The position numbers and the translations under genes are program-made. The notes beneath the pieces are model-generated. The model ran no database searches. It saw only the letters and a program-made list of their open reading frames with translations, and was not told the origin of the DNA. A DNA stretch of 63,889 bases, the filler included, from Reticulomyxa filosa (taxonomy: Eukaryota; Protista; Foraminifera), in assembly GCA_000512085.1 (NCBI GenBank). It is 16 parts of 16 records of this genome, joined end to end, with 100 filler letters (N's around TTAATTAATTAA, not from the genome) between each part and the next. Parts side by side here need not be neighbours in the genome. Positions count along the whole stretch, not along the records: positions 50,160 to 51,499 come from ASPP01029611.1; positions 51,600 to 54,493 come from ASPP01028833.1; positions 54,594 to 56,208 come from ASPP01014064.1; positions 56,309 to 58,962 come from ASPP01020533.1; positions 59,063 to 61,111 come from ASPP01049470.1; positions 61,212 to 62,709 come from ASPP01018907.1; positions 62,810 to 63,889 come from ASPP01009310.1; 9 more parts are not named here. One strand, given 5' to 3'. Shown piece by piece: positions 50,060 through 63,561 of this stretch; positions within the stretch are counted from its first letter, which is position 1, and every line of letters starts with the position of its first letter.

Positions 50060-50159
50060 NNNNNNNNNNNNNNNNNNNNNNNNNNNNNNNNNNNNNNNNN
50101 NNNTTAATTAATTAANNNNNNNNNNNNNNNNNNNNNNNNNNNNNNNNNNNNNNNNNNNN

Positions 50160-50560
50160 TAATGCCACGTCATCAGCGAACATACCACATTGAATAGGCT
50201 GTTAAATGCTGTTGGTAAATCATTAATATACAATAGGAATAATATTGGGGATAAATCAGATCCTTGAGGAACACCAAATCGATCTGATAAGAAGCTATCA
50301 ATCCACCAATACAATCATCCATCTAATTTAAATTCATTTCTCATCTTGTATCTTAATCCATTCCTCCAAACACTATTATATGCTGCAGAAATATCCAATA
50401 ACACCGCATATGTCACTGAATTGCAATCGAATGACTTGTCTCAGTCAATCTCAATCTCATCATCAGAGAGTCAAAATAACTATTATCACTAGCTACTGGT
50501 ACCTATCCATTGGTCTTGGAGCACTTTTTTTGTCAGGTTTTGTCAATAAAGTTCAGTTAT
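50160..50560 (-). mobile_element. Degenerate LINE reverse transcriptase fragment
   Basis: YNSVWRNGLRYK...WIDSFLSDR/FGVPQGSDLSPILFLLYINDLP and, in a shifted frame, IQCGMFADDVAL (catalytic FADD); stops and an internal deletion. Confidence 0.9.
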
Positions 50561-51229
50561 GAAGGAGACCCAAAAAAAGAAACTACTGTCTGGCGTGAAT
50601 TAAATTAAAGACTTAAATAAAGACATAGCGAAACGAAAATCGAAAACATTCAAGCTCTTCTTCCCGCTGTTAGTATAACAGCACCACAAGCTTTTCCAAT
50701 GTTTTTTCGCAAATTTTAAACAAAAGTCTAACAAAAATACGTTTAAAACAAAAATTTTGATAGTGTTTTCTCATTCTATCTCCTTTATCTTTCGTTCATA
50801 GACAAAAACCACATTTGGATCTGCCTTATTTGTGTTCTTTACACAAATGCATTATTCATAAAAATTTTAATGCAGAACTGTATTGTTAACAATACTTGGA
50901 ATATGTATTTGATTTCGAATATGTGCTGAAATGTTACATCTTTTCAGTATGTGTCTGTCCAGGATTGTCGACACCATGAGCAACTGATAAACATGTATCA
51001 TCGCAAATGCAATCATAACAACTATCAAAATATCATTTGTTCTTTATCAAAAATCACTTCTTTTTTATAAAAGTAAAGTCAAACCAATGAATAATAAATG
51101 ATATGAACAATAAATAGTAACTAATGAATCATGAATCATGAATCGTGAATCATGAATCAGTTATATTTTTCTAAATTAAGAGAAAAAATTGAACGGTGGA
51201 TATTTTCGAACTTTTGAATTTGTTCTAAT

Positions 51230-51499
51230 CTGATAAACTTTTTTTTTCCCTCTTTCAACTGTTCGAGCCAAATGACTTGCGTATCCATTTATTAACATAT
51301 TCATTATTTTTATCATTATTCCAAATACTTGTATAATTCATTATTAATCCACCAAAAGATAATAGTTATTTTTTATGTCCACGTAAAATAATATCTTTTG
51401 GACAAGAACAAATCAAGTTGTAAGAATAATATTCATTCCCACAAATGAAGAGTTGAGCTTCAAATAATGGAAGTGGTAAAGGTGCCAAAGTTGCAGTAT
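51230..51499 (-). pseudogene. Kelch-like repeat family gene fragment
   Basis: TLAPLPLPLFEAQLFICGNEYYSYN...CPKDIILRGH...LLSFGG...YTSIW across broken frames. Confidence 0.5.
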
Positions 51500-52243
51500 N
51501 NNNNNNNNNNNNNNNNNNNNNNNNNNNNNNNNNNNNNNNNNNNTTAATTAATTAANNNNNNNNNNNNNNNNNNNNNNNNNNNNNNNNNNNNNNNNNNNNT
51601 GTTTCGGGAGGATATTTTCCAGCCGGAAAATAGTATTAAAAAAATTGCTTAGAAAGGAATCTCTTCATATTGTTCTTTTCCATTACTCAGTGATAGTTGT
51701 AAAAAAAACCTATAGTTTTCATAGTATCCAATTACAGCTATTGTTTCTAATTCTTTATATTTTTTACATATTTCTTTTGTTAATTGAGCTATCTCTGCTT
51801 CCAATACACTTTTTTTGTTTAAGTAATGTATCCATAATAACCATAATAACATATATACTTCTGATTGCATCATTCCAATTTTTTTCCATTTCTGGATCTC
51901 TATCTTGTCTAGATTTGGTTGTTGTAACAATATGCCATCCCATCCTAACAGATATTACACAAAACACGAGGCTGCGTAAATGGTCTGATGCATGTGTTCA
52001 TCCACCACTTTTTTGCGAGTTGTAAAATGATCGAATGCACTAATTCTTCCATACGTATCACCGTATGAATCCCAAATCCTTTTGTTTGCTTATATTTGCG
52101 TGCATTTGGTTACGAATTATTGTCAATCCTCCTCTACTTGCTCCTCCTATTGATCCGATCACTGTCACTTCAACTCCGACTCCGGACCCAATTCCTCCAC
52201 CAATTATCGACATACGTTGCAACACCAAGGCCATTGCGGAAGA

Positions 52244-54343
52244 CTAGTCTTCTCGTCCGATAATGATATGCCACTTCCTATTATGCCGCTGCTCGACAGT
52301 GAGACCATGCTTTCTTGATTGGCCTTCATCAGGGCCCGTCCTTCCATGCACTTGAACGAGTCCATCAATGGTCTTATCCAAACTCGACATGTCCGAAAAT
52401 GCGACGCTGTGCAGCGATGCTTTTGGGAATGGACTGCGATTGGTGCTGCTGCTGTAGCCCAAGCCTGCTCGATTCAATAATTTGTTAGTGTTTCTCGCCA
52501 ACTCGTCGTAAAACGCCACGCAAGGCCTTGCTTGCTTGACAAAGGTATTGTAGATCTCCGCGAGCTTGAGCAAGAATTGGTAGGCAAAGTATCGCACGTG
52601 GCCGTCGTAGTGACACGACATCATCAAGCCATAGTCATCGGCATTATGGAACCATTTGAGCCAATCTGGAAGTTAGTCCGATTTTTTCTCTTTTTTGGTG
52701 GCCTCGCTTTTATTCACGTTGGCAATTCGTTGCGTCTTTTGGGGTCGAAGGTTACTCAATTTTTCATCTCCGTCACTCGGGTCTCCGTTAATCCTGCTGC
52801 TGTCATCTTGTGGTTTTTATTGGTAACGATCATCCCTTTCTTGAACACGTCCATCAAGTATGTAATAGTCTTCAACATCATTGACAAACACGCCGCGATT
52901 GGTAGTCGTAGTGACTCAACTTGGCAATAAAGCATTGGGATGATATCGGTTCGGATCTCTTCGTCTTTCATTGTTCGCACAATGGTGCGCAACACTTAGG
53001 CTCGCACGTTGTTATCTCGATGAGCACAACCACTTACCAATGAATTTGCTCAACATAATACAGTTTTCTTTGGTTGGCCGTCGGAAGCGTTCGAAAGGAA
53101 TGTTCCAACACGTATAAATTTGTTGACGATTTTGTCCATCTAATTTATCATTTATTTTTATGCAATGTGTATGTCTATTATTTACTATACGTACGTATTG
53201 CTACAGAAAAAATTTTAAAACATACATTTTTACTTGCATTCCTTTTGGTTTGTCTGCTTTCTCTTCGTCTTCAGATTCATCTCGTCCTTTCAGATATTTG
53301 CTTGTGTAGTCCGTCTCTTTCACAAAAATAGGCACTCCATGACTTTGGCTATCTCGCTTCTAAAACACATACTTTCCATTCAACGTCTCCATGCCCGCAC
53401 GAGACACAAAAATGCTCAGCTTATCCACTTGGCTTCGCGAAAACGTAAATTTACCCGGATTCGTCACGCAGTCTTTCAGCAACTGCGTTGCCTTTTCTCA
53501 ATTCTTCCCAACATCCTCTTCGTCAATGCAGATCATTATGTCGCCTTGCTTCAGTCCCAACTGCTGCTCTTGGCCATTTTTCTTCACTTTTGCCACTTTC
53601 ATTCGACTTGTCACATTCACGCTAAAGCCCACAGCTTGATTCCCTTGGAACGTAAACTCGAGGATCTGCGTCGGGATTCCAACTCATCAAATCCTCCGTC
53701 CATCGTACTATCACTCGTTGTTCCATTGCTATTGTTATTACCGTTGTTGTGTTGTTGTTATTGCTATCATCACCAAACAGCTCCGATTTACGTAGTCGTT
53801 TCGATTTAAGCCACTTTTTTCTGTTTCTTTCCATCGTTTTTGTTTTTCATTTTGCTGGACTCTTTCATTGTTCCGTTCAATCCTTGGTCGTTGCCCCGCT
53901 GTCATGAGCAATCTTGGTCATCGTCTGCATCGTCCTGCTCGTCATCGTCAATCTCTAAATTGCTTGACTGGATTGATACATCCCACCTATTCACTCGCAA
54001 TGATGTCTTTCCGTCTTCTAATAGACAATTGAAAAGGTCATTCGTCGAAACACTGCTTTTGTTCGCGTTCTTGTCTCCCGTGACGCGTTCCCATTGCTTG
54101 CTCCGACATGCTCACGGTTACTATTGTTGCCTTGTGCCATTTCCCGTTGTGATAAATCTTTACTTCACTCCCAACTTGCAATTCATCGTGATGGTTTCAA
54201 AAAATGTGTTCAATTTCTCCGAGTTCATCTTGTCTTTAGGAGTTGCACCACTTTGCGCCCCTGGTCGAATACCCGAGGTTCGACCACCGTTTTTACCTGG
54301 AGATGCTGAAGGCGAGAACTGTTACTGGACATTTTTCATTTGA
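52244..54343 (-). pseudogene. Decayed multi-domain gene containing a PDZ-like domain
   Basis: EFTFQGNQAVGFSVNVTSRMKVAKVKKNGQEQQLGLKQGDIMICIDEEDVGKN*EKATQLLK (~53665-53470) with an in-frame TGA at 53500-53498. A Tudor-like LQVGSEVKIYHNGKWHKATIV lies upstream. Several stops and frameshifts. Confidence 0.6.
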
Positions 54344-54593
54344 GGATATATATTATTATTTTTTTTTTAGAAATTCTCTGCCAGGTCCTTTTTTCCGTTC
54401 TTTTTGTCACTTGTTAGTTTCCTTTAATGAGTTTTTAATAAACTCAAAGTGCAGGAACAACTTGATAAAATGAACAAAATAAATGATTTAAAGNNNNNNN
54501 NNNNNNNNNNNNNNNNNNNNNNNNNNNNNNNNNNNNNTTAATTAATTAANNNNNNNNNNNNNNNNNNNNNNNNNNNNNNNNNNNNNNNNNNNN

Positions 54594-55245
54594 AATAATA
54601 ATAATAATAATAATAAAAATGGAGTAACGGTGTTGCAAACGAAACATCTCAGTGAAATGAGAAAGATCAGAGCCACTAAGTTCATCTTCAGTAAAAGGAT
54701 GGAGTGAATGAACCTCCAGTCGATGGGACTTACCCTTGTCGTGCTTGGATGGAGGGTGATCACTCCTCTGTTCGCTTTCGGGGACTGCCGGGGACGTGGG
54801 AGTGGCGGCGGTGGCGGAGCTGGTGGTTGTGATGACGCTTTGGTATTGAGGATGGATGATGAGACCATTGGCCGGTTTGTGAACGCCGACAGTGATGATT
54901 TTGATGGGAGGACCGGATTTTTTGCCGCTCGGTTGGTTTTGCAATGACAGACCAAACGACGAGTCTGTTTTCTTGAAGTTGCGCGCTTTCAACGCGGGCA
55001 GCACTTGACGTTTGAACAGAGACTCGATCTCTTCGTACAATGAAAAGGGGACAGATAGCCCCAAGTTCGCAATGTTCTCCTTGTCGATGAACTCGTCGAA
55101 CAAATGTAAAAACAGTTGTAAAAAGTCTTGTTTGTCGTAGTAGCAGCAGTTGACATCAAAGTCTTTTCGAATGCCTTCCACATTGGACATGGTCTCTTTC
55201 CAACTTTGGTTTTCTTCATCTGTCGCATCGTCAATAGTAACACTG

Positions 55246-55288
<43 letters not shown>

Positions 55289-55666
55289 CGACAGAATTGT
55301 GATCATTGCCATTATGATTTATATTGATGTTAATATTGCCACTATTGTTAACGCTGTCATTGACCAAATGCTGAGCTGTCCCAAACGTCCCCATATCTGT
55401 TCCACTGTTACGACTCATCGTTAACAATGTCGACGATGTGGTGTGTATGGTGGGATGTCCACTCATGCGCGAAAACAACGACGACACGGTGGAGAACGAA
55501 GACAGGCGGTCTGTCGATTGCGTCAAGAAGCGGCAATTCTCGTTGCGATGTTGCATTTCTTGGTGATTGAAGCGATGCAATTCCATTGTGTGTTGGCAAA
55601 TCGACAAATGCCATCCAAATGTCTTTCTGTTCAATACTCTTTCATTCCACACATTTCACAACCCAA

Positions 55667-55700
<34 letters not shown>

Positions 55701-56165
55701 CAAACCCCCCCTCAAAAAATTATTTTTTTTAATCCGTTGAAAAAGGTATCTTTTTTTTAAAAAAAAAAAAAAAAAAAGTAACCGGAAATGTGCCAGAAAT
55801 AGCTTAAGCTTAAGATAATGAATGACAAACAACAAGTTTTCGACACAATGTTCGGACGTCAAATGGTTTGCAAACAGCTCCAAGCCATCACAGCGAGTGA
55901 TCAAGAAGCAAAACGCCTCCAAGCATCGCAGTTCGTCTCGCACGATTACTTTGTCCTTCTTTCCATTGCACCACACGTCGATCCACGAGCTCGTTTGTTC
56001 CTTTTCCCATTCGAGGTCGTCGACATACTCGCATGTCCTTCCGTTTTCGTTGCAATGTTTCATTCGGCAAAAGATGTACTTTATTATCGAATTTGGAATT
56101 TCCGGTTCTTCTTCAAAACAAATTCTTTTTTTTTTTTTTTTACAAAAATCACAAAAACGAAACAA
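54594..56165 (-). CDS. RGS (regulator of G-protein signalling) domain protein with a long internal insertion (partial)
   Basis: GLELFANHLTSEHCVENLLFV (RGS F..fL..E.s.ENL.F motif) and a later LFDEFIDKENIANLGLSVPFSLYEEIE, separated by an Asn/Ser/Thr-rich stretch. Confidence 0.7.
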
Positions 56166-56308
56166 CTATGAGACATCTCCAAGAGGAGGCAAAAAAAAAA
56201 AAAAAAAANNNNNNNNNNNNNNNNNNNNNNNNNNNNNNNNNNNNNNNNNNNNTTAATTAATTAANNNNNNNNNNNNNNNNNNNNNNNNNNNNNNNNNNNN
56301 NNNNNNNN

Positions 56309-56340
<32 letters not shown>

Positions 56341-57159
56341 GCTGTTGTTGTTGTCATACTTTGACCACGTCATGGCCATCTTGCCATCGGAGGGACTCGG
56401 TATCTCCTTGCTTCCCGATTTCTCTTCGTTCATTAGCGAGCTGTTTTCGATATTGCGGTCGGACGGGCTCGGCAGATAGGACTGTCGCACCATATTTTCA
56501 GCGGCCGTTGTATCGATGGGAGTGGAGTTATACAAAGAATGGTTTGTATTCGGTGAGGTTTTGGTCTTTGTCGCCACCGCCGACGTGGTCATCTGTTTCA
56601 AAAGATCAACAATCGATATATAAACAAATCTTTTTCTCTCCTCCGTTCCAAATAATAATAAAAATAAATAAATAAATATATATATATATATATGTACATA
56701 TATATATATATATAAACACAAACTTGTGAAAGCATGGCATTACAATCTTTGATGAAAGGCTCGGCTTTTTGTAAAATCAAAGGCAGACTGTGGTTCAATT
56801 CTTGTGCCCTCAACGCAAAGTTTTTAGCGCTTTCGTACTCGCCCAATTGGAACAAACAGAGGGCGAAATGGAAATGGGTGATGGCCCAATTGTTTTCAAT
56901 GTTCATGGACACGACGTATTCGTGCTTGGCTTTGCGATAGTCTTTGCAGATGTAGTGCAAGTGCAAGGCGTAATAATAATGAATGAAATAACAAGGGGCG
57001 GTCTTGTCTTCTTCACTATTGGTAAGCTTTTTGAACAGCTTGGTAGCTTTCGCAATGCGGTTGGTCTCGCTGCAATACACGGCATAAATGCAGGATAAAT
57101 ACCAGTCGTTGCACGCGTTATCATCTTCGTCATATAGATAACGTTCGTCGCGATCATGG

Positions 57160-57200
<41 letters not shown>

Positions 57201-58092
57201 GGCTTGGGCTTGATTCGAACGCGACATTTTGGATAAGTCGAGACTGGCTAAAAAGGCTTCGTACTGATAGTGAAAGCGATAAGGGTGATCGCTGCCTGCG
57301 CTGTTTGAACACATGAGCTTACCAAATTGGTAAATCTGAAACGCGTGATGAAATTCATTCTTTCGAATTTTGATTAACATAAACTCGGCCAAATATCGGA
57401 CATCGACATGATACCCCCCATTTTTTGGGTCATGATACGAAAACTCGGTCAGCGACTTCAAGTTGGGCTGGTTCAATGATATCGCCTGCGCAATGTACTT
57501 TTCCGCTTTGTCGTACTCTTGCTTTTCCTCCAATATGATCCCATATAACAACACACACTTTTCCTGAAACTCTTTGCATTTGTTTTGCATTTCCACTGAC
57601 TTTTGCATTGTCTCCGCGTTCGTCGCCACAATCAAACAGCGCTTCAATTCCATTATCGCCTCTTCGTAGTCTTGTTTCGTCCATAATAGGTTTGCATGTT
57701 CGTATCGCAAGTCCATGTCATTGGGACTTAGCTATTTTTTTTGGCCAATGATAATATAAATGAATAAATAAATAAATAAATAATATATATGTATGTATAT
57801 ATGTATATATATATATATATATAATTTATTTATTATTTATTTATTAATTGTTGTAATAAAAACTAACTTGTAAAGCGTCCAAAAAAATAGCGCGCGCTTC
57901 TTGGAATCTTTGACTTCGACATAACAACATTCCATATTTCAGCATGGTCTTGGAGTAATTGGGTTTCATTTCCAGCGCTTTTTTGAAGTGTTTTTCGCTT
58001 TCGACGTAATCTACTCCGCACTCCACTAGTGCCTCTGCGTAGTTAAGATGATCTGTGTATGTCGTGCTGAGCAGTGAGGCTTGAACCATTTC

Positions 58093-58128
<36 letters not shown>

Positions 58129-58917
58129 GTTGTCATTGCTACTCTTTTGCGCTTCAACGTCGGAGGCAGTCATTCTTTTGTTATGCTCGTCAATGAGACG
58201 AAATAATAACGCGTAGTAACTCTTGCAGTCTTCGAATCGTTTCATCGTTGACAACAACTGGCAATAGTGTCGCAATATGTCGGGGTGAGAGCTTTGACTG
58301 CGACGTACACTCTGTTTAAAGTACTTTTCTGCGCCGTCGTAATTCGCAAAGCCATACTGCAAAACCATGGCCATGTTGTGTTGGTAATTGACATTTTGCG
58401 GACTCATGTAAAGCAATTGCAGAAATTGCAAGCATGCAATGTTCCAATTGCGATTGCGATACGAGTTTACTGCAGCTTGATGCAAGTCTTCTTCTGTCAT
58501 TGGGCCCTGCTGCTGCAAGTGCTGCGTCAATCGTTGGCCTATGGCTTGATAGCCGTTTTGGATCACTGGGATATACATGTTCATTCGCTGAGCTTTGTTC
58601 AAAAAAAATATTGACGATTTGTACGACTGCAATTGATATAACACACAGCCCAAATAGTAATATACAATGGACCAATTGCCTTCACAAATTATTGCAAATA
58701 TGTATTGCATCATTGCTTCCTCCAGCAATTGGCACCCAAAATGCAAGCTTGTCCACCATTCAAACAAACAAAAGTTGCATATATTGCATACATATATATA
58801 TAGTATATATAGTATATATATATATATATATGCGTGCATGTATAAGGTCAAACTGTAATGCATAATAGTAATGCACTTCAAAGTATTCATATTTTGATAT
58901 CCGGAGTATTTCTTCAA
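56309..58917 (-). CDS. Tetratricopeptide repeat protein (partial, multi-exon)
   Basis: Multiple TPR-like units: IVYYYLGCVLYQLQSYKSSIFFLNKA, SEKHFKKALEMKPNYSKTMLKYG, THFHFALCLFQLGEYESAKNFALRAQELN; poly-N and (QA)n tracts. Confidence 0.85.
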
Positions 58918-61900
58918 ACACTTCTTGTCCTTCTCTTAGGATTGAGCACACACACACACACANNNNNNNNNNNNNNNNNNNNNNNNNNNNNNNNNNNNNN
59001 NNNNNNTTAATTAATTAANNNNNNNNNNNNNNNNNNNNNNNNNNNNNNNNNNNNNNNNNNNNTTGAGCGTGACTTTCGTTACATGTTCGAGCTAATGGTA
59101 ACTTTGGCATTGCTGGCTTGATTAGAATAGATAAAACCAAATCCCTTGCACGCTGTTGTATGATTGGTCACAAATTTGGAGTGAGTCCGGAAGTTTGATC
59201 AATAAATATCCATATACTCTCGATGCATTTATGCACAATAGCTAGCGTTGACAAAAAGGTGGAGCGCCGATGGAGCAGCAGTTAAATTAACGTGTGCAGA
59301 AAAAATGGTACATTGTGTACTGCATTATAAGCAGTAAATTCCGTGCATTGCGCACTTCTTTTCGACAATCCATTTGAAACATCTTCAATACCTCGAATCG
59401 AATCAATAACAATATTTTACAAGAAGGTGGACCACAAAGTGACTCCGAATTGAAATGAGACTACATTCTTCGACGACATGTGATTCGACACAAGGAAAAA
59501 TGACAACAAAATACAAAATTTTTTGTACTATGGAAAATTACATGGATATCATAGAAATTGAGAAGAACGTAGAATGTGAAGTGACTTTTTTTAATGCTGA
59601 ACTTGTTGTTGATAGCTGCCGCTGCCGTCGCTTTACAGTCCTATTTTTTTATTTTAAACAAGTCAATATGAAAAAAAAAAAATTATTTATTTTACTTAAC
59701 TTTTATATAACATTTTGGAGTAACAGCTCCAAGATCAAAAATAAAAATATATGTTTCTTTTTTTTTTTTTCTTTTTATCATCTTTTTTTTTCTTTTTTTC
59801 TTATTTTCTTTATAATCGTTTTTTTTCCTTATTTCTTTTTTCTTCCCTTTTATTCATACATTTTTTCCCCCCTTCTTTATTTATATCTTTTTTTTTTACT
59901 CATTTTTTATTTTTTTCATTCATATTTTTTATCAATCTTTCACCATATTTTCTTCAACCCTTTTTTATTTTTTTTTCCATATCATTTTTATCCCTCCCAA
60001 CTATCCAATTTCTTTCCTAAAAAATCTTTGATGCCTGCAAATATATGCAAACATACAAAAAACCTTATTTTTTAAATTTTTAAGACCAACAGAATATACC
60101 TTTGCTCTGGAGTGTAAGTTCATGTTTCAATTTTTCCTGGAATACACACTAACACATTTTTTTTGTTTATGTATTGAGGGAGGGGACAAACAAAATATAA
60201 ATAAATGTTTTTCTTTGTGCAGGGGAATCCCTATATATTACAAACACATAATCACATTATTTTGATAAAACAAAAACATAAATATATAAACACAACATAC
60301 CTCTATTTTTTTTTTTGAAAACCAGTTGGTCTTCGACCCCATTTTTTTTTGTGTGTTGAGTAAATGGGCAAACAAGTAACGATGTTTTGTGGACGGAGGA
60401 TTCCTATATACAAACACAAATCATATTAATATATTTTTATTAAAAAAAAGATATAACAAACCTCTTTTGCTCCTTTCGGAGACGGGGGTGGATTCTACCC
60501 CGTGTTTGATCGTCGTCGTTGTTTTGCTGTTGCGCGTCAGCTAGTATTATTTTTTATACGTTGAAAAAAAAAATCATACATTGTCTTCGTGTATTTATTT
60601 GAAAGATAAAAAGTATGTACATATATATACGTATGTTAAAAAAAGTTTTAGATACCAATTGGCCGTGTCGTTTTGCTTGTGATGGCCTTCTTTTGTTGTT
60701 GTTGTTGCGTAATGCGCAGTTGTTATGTTGGACTGCCCTTTGTCCCATGCGCCAACAAACTGGAGTCATTTGAGATGATAGTTGTATATATTGAACGACA
60801 TCAATAGACAATATGGCACACCACAATCACTGGGCCCCTTCTATTTACACAAGCGCTTATGGCGAATTTGATGCTCACATAATGCCACGCCGTCGATTGC
60901 GCTGATATGTGTAAGGGCAGTTTAACATTGACGCACATAATATCTTGATCGAACACAATCATCCACCATATCATTCTTAGCTTCCACATTATCATCGCTA
61001 ATAATCCCATTGTTTGTGCTTGCTTTGTTTTGCCAGATTATGTCGCCATAGTGGCACTGAGCAAAGCACTTGCTCTGGGAGTCTCAGCGTGTTGTCTATT
61101 TTTTTTTTTTTNNNNNNNNNNNNNNNNNNNNNNNNNNNNNNNNNNNNNNNNNNNNTTAATTAATTAANNNNNNNNNNNNNNNNNNNNNNNNNNNNNNNNN
61201 NNNNNNNNNNNTTCATGAAGAAAATCAATCATCTCTATAAGGTGCCGTTTTAGGTCAGCTTTACTTTGCATTCTACTGTACATATATATATGTATATATC
61301 ATGAATTAATATAAAAAAAAAAATTGCCTGATTATACAAAAAATACAACACTTGAAATATCTTATAATTTATTTTGATATTTGGATAAAAATTTTCATTA
61401 ATTATGATTTTCAATTCTTTAAAAAATATTGAATGCAACTGTTTCAATTTTTTGAAACAATAAAATAAAATAAAATACATCCTCTGATATCACCTTACTT
61501 TTTTTAAATCAAATGTTTCCAAAAAAAAAATTTCATTTCTTATTCCACAAAAAAGTAAATTATCCCCAAATACGATGGGACAAATTCAAATCATATGTAA
61601 CATTATTTATATATTCTCTTTCTTTTTTCACATCTTCTTTCTCATTTCCTTTAATCATAAACAATTCATTTTTATTTGATCGAATGTCCATTGAATAATA
61701 CACGAACTATTTTATCATATAACCCAGAACAAATAAATTAACAATCATCAAATGTTGAATAATCAATATTATGCACCCAATTACTATGTCCAATGAATAT
61801 ATTAATCAATGTGAATAATGAACGAAATGTGTCAAACATAAAGATAGTGAATATCTGTGTCAAACAAACATTTGAATATTTTTTTAAAAAAGAATGTATG

Positions 61901-62809
61901 AATGAACTGACATAATTAACAACAAATTAGATGATAAAACAGAGCTATCCACTTGCAGAATGGAATGATCCTTCTGTTTTTGACTCGATAGCTTGAAAGA
62001 AAAAAAGGAATATAATAAAATATTAGTTGATATATTGCATAATTTCAAAAACCAATAACAAACAAAAAATATGTGAATATGCATGCATAATAATAAAATT
62101 TTATCTCTTTTTCAGAGTCTATTGCAAATTAAAAATTCTCTTTAAAAAAACCCTTTGTGCGATAGGATGATGTTTCTCGAAAATAAAAGCTATTAGTCAT
62201 ACTGTCTACATGAAGAATTTTCCATCTTCTTTTGAATAAAACATAGTTTTTTTAAAAAAATTGAACATATATACAGTTGTTATCCTAAAATAAAATTATG
62301 TAAGTTGATTTAAAAAATTTAATCTGATTGTTTGTAAAAATGAAATTATGTCATTTTATCTGAAAGTTCTTCTAACATTTGAATTTTTTTTCCTTAAAAA
62401 TTTTATTCCATATATATCATCAGAATATCCAGTTAATTTTTGGATTTGTTTTCCAGCAATATATTTTCTTTCTTGATTGTTTGTATGTGTTGATATAATC
62501 TTATCCAGTTGAAATGAAATTCCAACTCGTCAGTGATTAATGACACACTTTCTTGTTTCAAAAATATCACATTTCTGACTCTTTTTAAAAATTGTATTTC
62601 ACAATTATTTTTGTATATCTTAGCTCTAAGATATTTTAAAAAGTTCAGTTTTCTTCACAAAATGAACAAACTTTTTTCTTGTTCGATCCCTTTCATTAAA
62701 AAAAAAGAGNNNNNNNNNNNNNNNNNNNNNNNNNNNNNNNNNNNNNNNNNNNNTTAATTAATTAANNNNNNNNNNNNNNNNNNNNNNNNNNNNNNNNNNN
62801 NNNNNNNNN

Positions 62810-63405
62810 ATCGAGGATGCCAGCGGCCGCGTGCTGGCGCGTACCCAGCCGGCGATTGCCGGCCAGAATGCGCCGCAGGCCATCGACCCGCGCAACGCCT
62901 TCATCATCAGCAACATGATGAAAGACGTGGTGCGCTACGGTACGGCCAACCGTGCCATGGCGCTGGGCCGCAATGACCTTTCCGGCAAGACCGGTACCAC
63001 CAACGATTTCCGCGATGCCTGGTTTGCCGGTTTCAACCCCAATCTGGTGGCGGTGACCTGGGTCGGTTTCGACCAGCCGCGCAGCCTGGGCCGCTACGGT
63101 TATGGTGGCACCGCAGCATTGCCGATCTGGGTGAACTACATGAGCAATGCGCTGAAAGGTGTGCCGGATGTCGAGCTGCCGCCGCCCGCTGGCGTGGTGG
63201 TGAAACCGGGTGCGGGCTTGCGTGGTAATGACGAGTACTACCTGGAAGAATTCCAGCGTACAACCCCGAACTTCGCATCAATAACCGTGGTTCGGTGCCG
63301 GGTAGCGGCCAGGGGCCTGCTGAGGAAGCGTCCGGTGCCACGGCTGACGAGCCGGCGGCGCCGGTGCAGGATGCGGTGGAGAACGTGAAGGATCAGCTGT
63401 TCTGA
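62810..63405 (+). CDS. mrcA: Penicillin-binding protein 1A, C-terminal transpeptidase part (bacterial)
   Basis: GKTGTTND.RDAWFAGF...WVGFDQPRSLG...GGTAALPIW. An apparent 1-nt frameshift at ~63260 restores a C-terminus ending VKDQLF* at 63405. GC-rich, no introns. Confidence 0.93.
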
Positions 63406-63436
63406 CGGGCAGGAAACACAGAAATCAGTCAGCAAG

Positions 63437-63464
63437 AACAATCCCCGGCTAGCCGGGGATTGTT
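63437..63464. terminator. Probable bidirectional intrinsic terminator
   Basis: Perfect inverted repeat aacaatccccggct/agccggggattgtt between convergent mrcA and arsC, followed by a T-rich tract. Confidence 0.85.
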
Positions 63465-63561
63465 GTTTATCCTGTTGAAGCGGCAGGGTTTTACGCTGGG
63501 CGGTGTACCAGGCAGGTACGCCGGGCTGCTGGTGGCCGCCGCGTGGGGCGGCCTGCTTTCT

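Noticed and set aside
51124-51158. (ATGAATC)x5 tandem repeat
   Set aside because: Simple minisatellite with no spacers or associated genes.
51600-52230. Possible LINE C-terminal (RNase H/CCHC) remnant
   Set aside because: Only vague similarity; no intact diagnostic motif.
33315-53500. TGA-to-Trp recoding (TGA at Trp-like positions 33315 and 53498)
   Set aside because: Both lie in decayed sequences with other stops and frameshifts. Intact genes use TGG for Trp and TGA as stop (26753, 28047).
59455-60075. 206-aa Phe-rich ORF as a membrane protein
   Set aside because: Product of T-rich low-complexity, probably low-quality, sequence.
60660-62709. Possible RING-like remnant and AT-rich ORFs in contigs 14-15
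   Set aside because: Too degenerate; the Cys/His spacing is broken by stops.
11452-62809. Regularly recurring TTAATTAATTAA flanked by Ns, as a repeat or CRISPR-like array
   Set aside because: It is an identical 100-bp synthetic contig spacer; adjacency across it has no biological meaning.
63250-63405. Altered PBP1A C-terminus
   Set aside because: A single-base insertion near 63260 restores a normal acidic tail ending DQLF*; probably a sequencing error.
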